Virus record (IMG/VR): IMGVR_UViG_3300006162_000001 | From: a virus | Length of the DNA stretch: 57,026 nt | Reading direction: 5' to 3' (one strand) | Program-made: the position numbers and the translations under genes | In this document: positions 32,782-40,211 of the stretch, piece after piece | How positions within the stretch are numbered: the first letter of the stretch is position 1 | How the letters are laid out: each line of letters begins with the position of its first letter | Notes under the pieces: model-generated | Databases searched by the model: none | What the model was told of the DNA's origin: nothing | The model's input: the letters and a program-made list of their open reading frames with translations, nothing else

Positions 32782-32808
32782 AAAAACCCCCATCCTTTCG
32801 GACAGGGG
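32782..32808 (-). terminator. Intrinsic terminator after the endolysin gene
   Basis: Minus strand CCCCTGTCC-GAAA-GGATGGGG followed by TTTTTATTT. Confidence 0.6.
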
Positions 32809-32841
32809 TCCCCCTTAAAACAACCTAACATGAAAAAAAAA

Positions 32842-33330
32842 TTACAGGGAAGCGGGTATCGTCCCGTCAGGGGAAAAGTAGATATCAGCTTCCTTCATCC
32901 GGCGGTCGTAAAGACCCTGGCTGAAGACCAGGCGGCCATCGATGTGTTCCTTATCCCACAGACAGAAGGCGGCCCTGATCGCCGGATCCGCCGGGTTTTC
33001 CTGGGCCAGCTTCAGAACAGTGCTGGTCTGGAAGTTCCCGGCCCCTATATTGTACATCAGGGACAGCAAAGCGTCATTCTGGCTTTGCGTCAGTTTTCCA
33101 TCAGGAAAGAAGGTATTTAAAAGTCTTTGATTATCCAGGGTATCGTGAAGCAAAAGATCGATGGCCCTATAATGGTCGATCGTAGGATCGGCCATCGTCA
33201 CATGAGCCCCGTTTTCGTACCTGGTGGATCCGATCCCTATCGTGGCGATCCCGGCACTGTCCAGGTAGGGATGATGAACTTCCCCTTCAAAATTGATCAT
33301 CATATCGATGTAATTCGTTCCCGGGCTCAT
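32842..33330 (-). CDS. Endolysin, glycoside hydrolase family 24 (phage lysozyme)
   Basis: MINFEGEVHHPYLDSAGIATIGIGSTRY...LTQSQNDALLSLMYNIGAGNF matches the T4/lambda-type lysozyme catalytic region (E...D...T). Confidence 0.85.
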   Translation of the reverse strand: MSPGTNYIDMMINFEGEVHHPYLDSAGIATIGIGSTRYENGAHVTMADPTIDHYRAIDLLLHDTLDNQRLLNTFFPDGKLTQSQNDALLSLMYNIGAGNFQTSTVLKLAQENPADPAIRAAFCLWDKEHIDGRLVFSQGLYDRRMKEADIYFSPDGTIPASL

Positions 33331-33707
33331 AGTTCAACGATGTTTAAGTAAATTAAAAGGATCCCACAGATGACCCATAAAAGGGGATAAAAGATCCCGA
33401 TCTTTTCCAGGACGGTATCGAACCAGCTTCCATCCCTGCTTTCCCCGTGGATATAGAACCATTTTTCGCCCCTGATTTCATTTAGGATCTGATTATAGGC
33501 GAAAGCCCTAAGAAGCAAAAAACAGGCCGCCAGTGGCCAGCTGGGGGCAAAAAACCACAGAATCCCACAGAATCCCACATAGATCCCGAACCAGGTGGCG
33601 TGAAAAGTCGCCGTGATCGGGATATTATGGGCGAACCTGGCCGCATGAATGACACACGTCACCGTGATCAGGCATAGGGCCAGGAATTCGGAAAGGTATG
33701 GCGTCAT
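33327..33707 (-). CDS. Membrane protein (about 4 TM), lysis-cassette member
   Basis: 126 aa, largely hydrophobic, overlaps the endolysin start by 4 nt. Confidence 0.55.
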   Translation of the reverse strand: MTPYLSEFLALCLITVTCVIHAARFAHNIPITATFHATWFGIYVGFCGILWFFAPSWPLAACFLLLRAFAYNQILNEIRGEKWFYIHGESRDGSWFDTVLEKIGIFYPLLWVICGILLIYLNIVEL

Positions 33708-34348
33708 ACGGCGGAACTGAATTCAGCCGTGGATCCTATCCCCAGCATGATAAAGATTGCCGCCAGGGCGATCGCCACCAGCGCCCAGAACTTCCCGTTA
33801 CTGATATACGGACTTGACATGGTGGCTATCCAGGCACCGGCACCCACGGCCACAGCCGAAAGGATTCCCCTTAATTCCAGGCTTTCGTATTTAGCGAAGC
33901 GGAAGAAGGCGAACGCCGTCAGGCCCAGGATGGCTAAAAAGACGATGATGGATCCGGTATTATTAAACCCGTTATTCGCCGATCCCATTTCAGCGCCCAT
34001 CTTCAAAGGTGGAACGGGGGTGGGACTGGGGATGATCTGTCCGGGATTAATGATGGCCAGGATGGCGATGACGGTACTTCCGATCAGCTGGGTCCAGCCT
34101 ATCGGCTGACCTTCGAAAAGTGATGGGACAATACTGGCCAGTGTGGTCCCCACGATCCCGATGATCGAAGCGACATTGCCCTGGGCGTTCTTCTCAAAGG
34201 ATACCACAGCACCCAGCGCCGCCATGATCACGGCGTAAGAAATGACTTTAATATCGGGATTCGGGGTGTTTAATTGCTGGATCGTCACGGCAAGGGACGC
34301 CAGGAAGGAAAGGATCAATACTTTGTACTTTGTCCAGAAGGTTGACAT
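33704..34348 (-). CDS. Polytopic membrane protein
   Basis: 214 aa with multiple hydrophobic segments rich in small residues (G/A/S/I). Confidence 0.55.
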   Translation of the reverse strand: MSTFWTKYKVLILSFLASLAVTIQQLNTPNPDIKVISYAVIMAALGAVVSFEKNAQGNVASIIGIVGTTLASIVPSLFEGQPIGWTQLIGSTVIAILAIINPGQIIPSPTPVPPLKMGAEMGSANNGFNNTGSIIVFLAILGLTAFAFFRFAKYESLELRGILSAVAVGAGAWIATMSSPYISNGKFWALVAIALAAIFIMLGIGSTAEFSSAV

Positions 34349-34367
34349 AAAATTTGTTTTTTAGTGA

Positions 34368-35087
34368 TTAAAAACGAATGAAGGTCCGGGTCACCCCCAG
34401 CCCTACGATCGGCGTGGCTTTAGTCTGTGAAGTTCCGAAAGAATATCCATATCCGACAAAAAGCCCTATCCCCCACTTTTTGGGTTCCGGGGCCGGGACA
34501 CGATAAGCATGCAGACCGGTAATCTTATTGTAAGGATTGGCGGAATGGATATCCAGCTGAAGGAATTCCTTCTGGTTAAACCCCAGGAATCCGCCTTCCT
34601 TCACCGTCTTAAAGACGGAAGTCAGGGTGTCAAAGCTTTCTATGATAATCTTACTGTTATGACCCAGCCTGGTGATCGTCACGTCAGCGGTATAGTAAGG
34701 ATCCCGGAAGGTCTTCGAAAGGGCGATCACCTGGTCCGGACATTTCGGATTCAGCGTGTCGTGGACGGTGATGACACCCGGTTCCGTCTGTTCCCAGATC
34801 GTATCGATCCCGTGGGACTTATAGCTGATCACTTCTTTGATCAGGTTCGCCTGGGTATTGTTCAGGGCTGCAATACTGTCCAGATAGGTCTGTTCTTCGA
34901 TCCCGAAGTCTATTTCCTTCTTCTGAAGGCTGGCGTAGGCGTCCCCGTACTTATTGCGCCAGTAAAGGGTGGAATCCGGGGTTTGCTGTCCCGTGGGGGA
35001 CGGGTTCCCACAGTGCATCTTCACGTCAATAAAAAGGATCAGCGCCAGGGCGGCGATGATCAGCCAGGGGATAAATTTACTATTCAT
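34368..35087 (-). CDS. N-terminally anchored beta-rich envelope protein ending in an OMP-like C-terminal Phe
   Basis: N-terminal FIPWLIIAALALILFI. C-terminus ...GIGLFVGYGYSFGTS...VGLGVTRTFIRF. Confidence 0.5.
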   Translation of the reverse strand: MNSKFIPWLIIAALALILFIDVKMHCGNPSPTGQQTPDSTLYWRNKYGDAYASLQKKEIDFGIEEQTYLDSIAALNNTQANLIKEVISYKSHGIDTIWEQTEPGVITVHDTLNPKCPDQVIALSKTFRDPYYTADVTITRLGHNSKIIIESFDTLTSVFKTVKEGGFLGFNQKEFLQLDIHSANPYNKITGLHAYRVPAPEPKKWGIGLFVGYGYSFGTSQTKATPIVGLGVTRTFIRF

Positions 35088-35392
35088 TGGGTTTGTTTTT
35101 TATCGGCCGCCTGATCTTGCTGGACCACGGCCTGGTTATCGGCTTTGGTCGGATCGCTGGTGTAATAAGTCCCGTTCCCCATAAAGGTTCCCAGCCCTTT
35201 GATGGCGGATCCTATAAAGGTCAGGGTCAAAAGGACATGGTTCACGGTACTGACACTGAATCCCCATCCGGACACCAGGGCACCTATTCCGGGAAGGATA
35301 AAAATGATCATGGCATTCGCAAAATTGCGGTAAGCCGCCGGGGCCGGCTTATTAATCTGGCTGGCCCCCAGTTTAACATTCCCGATCTGCAT
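35084..35392 (-). CDS. Holin candidate (2 TM plus a charged C-terminal tail)
   Basis: AMIIFILPGIGALVSGWGF and HVLLTLTFIGSAIKGLGTF, then a polar tail ...QQDQAADKKQTQ. Confidence 0.4.
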   Translation of the reverse strand: MQIGNVKLGASQINKPAPAAYRNFANAMIIFILPGIGALVSGWGFSVSTVNHVLLTLTFIGSAIKGLGTFMGNGTYYTSDPTKADNQAVVQQDQAADKKQTQ

Positions 35393-35397
35393 GGTTA

Positions 35398-35643
35398 TTA
35401 TTTTTTATGTTTTGACTTAAACCACTTACTTATATCCGATGACCAGGTCGTCCCCAGCCAGCCCAGCCCACCGAAGATCAGCGCCTTCGCACAAGCTACC
35501 ATAAACAAAAGAACGTCTGAAAGACTGGGCGAAAACGGACCGATGTGCATAAGTGTAATCGTTCCCCCTAATAATCCCAGTAATACTGAAATTAAAAGCT
35601 TAACAGGATGGTTTTCCATTTGCCAAATAAATATTTTTTTCAT
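35398..35643 (-). CDS. Small membrane protein (2-3 TM)
   Basis: 81 aa with hydrophobic segments LLISVLLGLLGGTITLM and VLLFMVACAKALIFGGLGWLG. Confidence 0.5.
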   Translation of the reverse strand: MKKIFIWQMENHPVKLLISVLLGLLGGTITLMHIGPFSPSLSDVLLFMVACAKALIFGGLGWLGTTWSSDISKWFKSKHKK

Positions 35644-35706
35644 CGTGTCCGATTTATAAAATTACTGGATTTATATACTTCGACATATAAGTGTTTACCC
35701 TTAGTA

Positions 35707-36246
35707 TCATTGAATTACGATCGGACTTTTTGTGTTCCCATTGGTCGAATCCCCGTTATTATAATAAGTCGTCACCACGTTTCCCCGGATCACCGTCCCC
35801 GTGGCCACCCGCTGGGGGATCACCGGACAGACCGGACATATCACCGGCGGCGGACAGGATGGACATACCCTGGGGATCGTATCGTGAATCGTCACTGTGG
35901 TGGTCACGTACACCGTATCGTGGACAGCTATCCCCACCGTAAATCCCACGGTATCGGAAGCCTGGACACCGGCGGAATTGGCCACTACCACCTTAAAAAT
36001 ATAAAAGCCCAGCTGAAGACCGGAAACGGTCGCCTGACTGGTGGAAGGATTCGTGATTGTCTGAAGCCCCGGGCCGGAAACTTTCGTCCAGGAATAAGTG
36101 ATCGGAAGACAGGTGGAATCGCACGCCACAGCCACCAAAGTGTCGGAAGTCTTTGTCGTGACCACACTGGAAGCCACAGCCCGGACCACGGGGCCCGGAC
36201 TGGATAAAGTCATCAGGGAAAGTAATATCGTGATCAGCTTCGTCAC
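35707..36246 (-). CDS. Secreted PKD-like domain protein with a Cys/Pro-rich segment (GTG start)
   Basis: Signal-like TKLITILLSLMTLSS. ITYSWTKVSGPGLQTITNPSTSQATVSGLQLGFYIFKVVVANSAG (PKD-like). CPSCPPPVICPVCPVIP. Confidence 0.6.
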   Translation of the reverse strand: MTKLITILLSLMTLSSPGPVVRAVASSVVTTKTSDTLVAVACDSTCLPITYSWTKVSGPGLQTITNPSTSQATVSGLQLGFYIFKVVVANSAGVQASDTVGFTVGIAVHDTVYVTTTVTIHDTIPRVCPSCPPPVICPVCPVIPQRVATGTVIRGNVVTTYYNNGDSTNGNTKSPIVIQ

Positions 36247-39200
36247 GGGACCTTTTTGGTGTATTTGATGAACGGTGAACAGATACAGGGCGGCGGATAG
36301 TTCGGAAGCTGGATGGGCCCGATATCCGGCGGCGTCCTGATTATAGCGTTCAGAATGTCTTTGGTGGCGTAAGGATTGGTCACCCCGGCATTAAGCAGAT
36401 AGACACTTTTTACCGTGGGGGCGTAGGTGGAAAAAGACCCTTGCGTGTTCTGGACCATGGCCGAAGCGCTGTCCAGCGCCAGGCTGGTGGCGTAGGCGGC
36501 GGCGACATTCTTTGACGTATCGTGGTTCCAGGATCCGCCAGACGTATCGTAGGCGATCTGTGGCTTCCCGTTCGTCTGGTTATTCACGGCGAAATTGTTC
36601 TTTATCTCCACGTCAAAGCTGTTCGTGTAGTTTATTTTCACCAGCGGCGACCAGTATCCACAGCATTCCTTCGCGTTTATCAGCGAATTGTTCCAGATAT
36701 GGATGGCGTTCCCGGTACTGATCCCGGTTTTTATATAATTCGTGTCGATGTGGGTATCCACCAGGCCGAAGCCGGTACTGTTCACCTTTTCGCAGAAAGT
36801 GATATAAGTATCCCTGGCGTTCCCCGCTTCGGAATTGTTCCATATTTTAAGCAGATAGCCCGGTCCACCATTTTTATAGATCCTGGTGAAGACACCGTTC
36901 CCGCCATTGATTGTAAACAGGCCGATATCCCCGGAAGGCGGCCGCTGGGAATTCAGGGTCACCTTAATGTCGTGGAAGTTGTTCCGGAAGGATATCCCTG
37001 TAAATTCATTCCCTTCGAAGGTATTGGTCCCGCTGGAATAGGTGGAATCCACCAGCCAGTTATAAAATACCAGGCTGTCATCCACGTCAGGCGGGTGACC
37101 GGCACCCTGGCCCAGCGTTCCGGTGGATCCTTTGATCAGCCCCCGGGAATTGTGTTCTATAATATCGTGAATCGTCACCTGTTCCCAGTGGTAGGTATTC
37201 AGGACGCCATGGTTCCAGGCCATCCCCCCACTTTGGTCGATCGATTTCGTGGCCGTGTCGTTCGTGAATTTCAGATATTGAAGGGTCACCTGATACCAGC
37301 CCTGGCCAGCTGTACCGGTATTATTATTGATCATGGAAGTGTTCACCCCGTTCCCGTTGAACGTGATCCAGTTGCCGCCAGCTGTACCGGTGAAGGTCAT
37401 CCCGGAATCGGCGAACATGCTGACCTGGCCGGTGAAGGTCACCACGCCGTTCGTCTTATTGCGGACATAGATCCCTTTCAGGTTCGAAAAGCTTCCACAG
37501 TTGTAAGTCCCGGCCAGAATATTGGCGGTGTCCAGCGGATTATGTCCTGTCATGGACGTGATCGTGGGACAGCCGGAAACCAGGGGAACGTCAAAGTTCT
37601 GTGGTGCCCCGGGATTGGTAGTGGAAAAGATCACATCCACCCAGTAGTTCGAAGCCTGGTAATAAGCCGTAGGGAAGGCGGTCGTAGCGGTGTAAATATA
37701 AACGCCGTTCGGGGTCGTGGGTGAAGCATCAGCCAGGCCCGTCAGGTTCCCGTTTACGATGGCGGTGGCGAATCCGTTATTCGTAGCGACATAGTATCCG
37801 GCGGCGCTGTAATAAGTCGCCACGTAGGTCGTATTGGCCAGGATGGCCACAGGGGTGGTAAAGGTCAGGCTTTGCCATCCGGTCGCCGTTTCCCCGGAAT
37901 AGACGCCGGTGGCCAGTAAAGTCCCTGTATTGGTATAGAGTTCACCCACATGGGTTCCCGTGTTCCCGGAAGTCTTATAAAAGCGGACACCCGTTATCCA
38001 TCCGGCGATCGATGACTGGAAGCGGACACCTGTTTCAAGTCCCTGTCCATCGTTCAGGGTTCCCCCAGCTGGCGTCTGGGTGGTGAAGATATTGGCGAAG
38101 ACAGGGGGTGCCGGGTTGACGGTGATCTGGACGGTGGCGGTACTTACCCCGGCATTTACGGCCAGCTGGAAGACATAGATCCCCTGGATAAGTCCATTAA
38201 CGACCGTAGTCACCCCCGTGGGTGTGACGATCGTGGGGGTATTGGGACCACTGACCTGGGTCCACAGATAGCTGGTGATCGTCCCGGAAGATCCGGATCC
38301 GTTCAGCGTGACGGAATTCGTGGGAAGGGTGATCGTCTGGTTAGATCCCGCATTGGCGACCGGGCCGCTGTTCGGGGCCACGACCACACTACTGGCCAGA
38401 AGATAAGATCCATCGGCGTTCCTTCCTGAAATAGCCAGGGGAACCGGGGATTCATATCCCAGCGAATCGGTGACGACCATATAAAGCCCATAGATTCCGG
38501 CGCTGACGCCGGTCAATAGTTTGGTATCGGTGACGGTGGAATCCACCCCGCCGTTAAGGAATCCCTTCAGGTTGAAATAGGATGAATCTTGCCAGACGAC
38601 TGTCCCGCCGCCGGTCCGAAGCTGGAAGTTTATGTAATAGCGCCCATAAATGGGGGCCACGCCGCTGTTCTTCCAGTTCAGTGATGTGGTGAAGGATCCA
38701 CCGGCGATCGGTGATGTGGTATAATAACCGGTATCCACCGTCAGCCGGTATCCCATCTGCTTTGAAGCGGCGGTCAGGTTTGCGATCGTGGTCGGATCCG
38801 TGACATAACTTCCGTAGTTGTAATTCCTGAAGAAAGAATATCCGTAAAGACTGATTTCCCGGGACATGTCGCCATAAGGCTGACTTCCATTCAGCGGTTC
38901 ACCCCCGATCGGGGCGTATAAATACCGGGCCATGATCAGGTACTTAAAATTATGTACACTGTCGCCTGGATTATATGACCAGCTGTTATTCACCAGCATG
39001 TAATCGCTTCCGGAATTACCCATGTCATCCCTGTTCCATCCCAGTAATCCCCAGGCATTCTTATAGGTCAGGGCGTAATAAGTTGCGGACGCCGGCATAA
39101 AGGTCGCCCCATCCCCATCGAAGGCGGCGATCCCGATCAGGCATGGCCATTTATAAAAGGTATTCCCGGCGATATTGATCAGGGTGTCCAGTGTGGCCGC

Positions 39201-39878
39201 CGTAGGCTTCCGGGAAGCGTATCCCGTTTCATTGTAGTAAGGATAGTCATGCCATTCGCCAAAATCGCCATATCCACGAACGTCCACCTTTGAAATGACC
39301 TTGTAATAAGGCACCCCATTATAGCTTGTGGTCATAATGTGGTTCATGACGGCGGCGTAAAGGTTCCGCCAGGCGGTGATATAGGATGGGCTGTTCCAGT
39401 TTATGACCCAGAAGTTTTCGTTATCCAGGTAATCCGTGGGGCTTTCCCCTTGCATCTGGGTATGAAGATAAATCGGGTAAGTCAGTAAGCCAGGCTGTCC
39501 ACCGGTCCCGGTCCAGCCGGGATTCTGGGCGCATGCTGAACATTCAGGCATGATCCCGAAGGCGAACTTCTGGCCGTTATTGATGGCGTTTTGAATTTGT
39601 TGGTCGAATAAAGTCCATGTGTAGGATCCGGCGGTATTGCCTTCCACTTGTTGCCATAGGAATCTATATTCATAGTCTATCCCATGGGATGTCCCGTTAG
39701 GTATCTCAATATTGTGGACGTTATCCCACCACCCCAGGGCACAGCATTCCTGTGCACCCCTATTATGACCCCTGATATCCGTGGCGCTGTAAGGGATCTG
39801 GGAAAAGGACAGGGGCGTATTCTGGCCGAAAGTGGCCAGAAGCGCAAAAAGTAAGGGTATGACCAGAAGTTTTTTCAT
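36243..39878 (-). CDS. Secreted multidomain protein: GH-like (DUF4874/DUF4832-type) N-terminal region, PKD-like domain, DUF4082, and a C-terminal region of about 450 aa likely forming a beta-helix
   Basis: Signal MKKLLVIPLLFALLATFGQ. YRFLWQQVEGNTAGSYTW...RGYGDFGEWH...MGYRLTV...WKNSGVAPIY. ANAGSNQTITLPTNSVTLNGSGSSGTITSYLWTQVSGP. GVRFQSSIAGWITGVRFYKTSGNTGTHVGELY...TGWQSLTF...NYWVDVIF. Confidence 0.7.
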   Translation of the reverse strand: MKKLLVIPLLFALLATFGQNTPLSFSQIPYSATDIRGHNRGAQECCALGWWDNVHNIEIPNGTSHGIDYEYRFLWQQVEGNTAGSYTWTLFDQQIQNAINNGQKFAFGIMPECSACAQNPGWTGTGGQPGLLTYPIYLHTQMQGESPTDYLDNENFWVINWNSPSYITAWRNLYAAVMNHIMTTSYNGVPYYKVISKVDVRGYGDFGEWHDYPYYNETGYASRKPTAATLDTLINIAGNTFYKWPCLIGIAAFDGDGATFMPASATYYALTYKNAWGLLGWNRDDMGNSGSDYMLVNNSWSYNPGDSVHNFKYLIMARYLYAPIGGEPLNGSQPYGDMSREISLYGYSFFRNYNYGSYVTDPTTIANLTAASKQMGYRLTVDTGYYTTSPIAGGSFTTSLNWKNSGVAPIYGRYYINFQLRTGGGTVVWQDSSYFNLKGFLNGGVDSTVTDTKLLTGVSAGIYGLYMVVTDSLGYESPVPLAISGRNADGSYLLASSVVVAPNSGPVANAGSNQTITLPTNSVTLNGSGSSGTITSYLWTQVSGPNTPTIVTPTGVTTVVNGLIQGIYVFQLAVNAGVSTATVQITVNPAPPVFANIFTTQTPAGGTLNDGQGLETGVRFQSSIAGWITGVRFYKTSGNTGTHVGELYTNTGTLLATGVYSGETATGWQSLTFTTPVAILANTTYVATYYSAAGYYVATNNGFATAIVNGNLTGLADASPTTPNGVYIYTATTAFPTAYYQASNYWVDVIFSTTNPGAPQNFDVPLVSGCPTITSMTGHNPLDTANILAGTYNCGSFSNLKGIYVRNKTNGVVTFTGQVSMFADSGMTFTGTAGGNWITFNGNGVNTSMINNNTGTAGQGWYQVTLQYLKFTNDTATKSIDQSGGMAWNHGVLNTYHWEQVTIHDIIEHNSRGLIKGSTGTLGQGAGHPPDVDDSLVFYNWLVDSTYSSGTNTFEGNEFTGISFRNNFHDIKVTLNSQRPPSGDIGLFTINGGNGVFTRIYKNGGPGYLLKIWNNSEAGNARDTYITFCEKVNSTGFGLVDTHIDTNYIKTGISTGNAIHIWNNSLINAKECCGYWSPLVKINYTNSFDVEIKNNFAVNNQTNGKPQIAYDTSGGSWNHDTSKNVAAAYATSLALDSASAMVQNTQGSFSTYAPTVKSVYLLNAGVTNPYATKDILNAIIRTPPDIGPIQLPNYPPPCICSPFIKYTKKVP

Positions 39879-39887
39879 AAATGATGT

Positions 39888-40196
39888 TTATCGTGGGATC
39901 ACTTGGAAGACCGGCTTCGTAAATAATTTCTTCTTTTCATCCATATAGATCACTGACTTCAGCCTGTTTTTATTGGCGTCCGCTGAATTGGTTTCCACTT
40001 CCCGGATCATAAATCCCGTGGTCACCTTCAGATATCCGCCGTCTTCATAGTATAGTTTCACCTTCGCCGTGTCGAAAATTGTGATCACATAGATCGTCTT
40101 TGTCACTGTCACCGTATCCTTTTTCACTGTCTGGCTGAAGGCGGAAAGGCTCAAAAAAATAAGTAGAATTGTTAATCCTGTTAATGTTTGTTTCAT
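39888..40196 (-). CDS. Small secreted hypothetical protein
   Basis: Signal MKQTLTGLTILLIFLSLSAFSQ. Confidence 0.55.
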   Translation of the reverse strand: MKQTLTGLTILLIFLSLSAFSQTVKKDTVTVTKTIYVITIFDTAKVKLYYEDGGYLKVTTGFMIREVETNSADANKNRLKSVIYMDEKKKLFTKPVFQVIPR

Positions 40197-40211
40197 ATCG
40201 ATGTTTGTTTT

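Noticed and set aside
36522-37724. A 400-aa plus-strand ORF, with similar long antisense ORFs at 8344..9255, 19916..20713, 34509..35114, 43009..43626, 49201..49803 and 7154..7759
   Set aside because: Each lies wholly inside a minus-strand gene with recognisable domains (DUF4082 protein, portal, GT, TMP and others). The translations are Arg/Gly/His/Pro-rich with no motifs, and they break the otherwise tight minus-strand operon packing.
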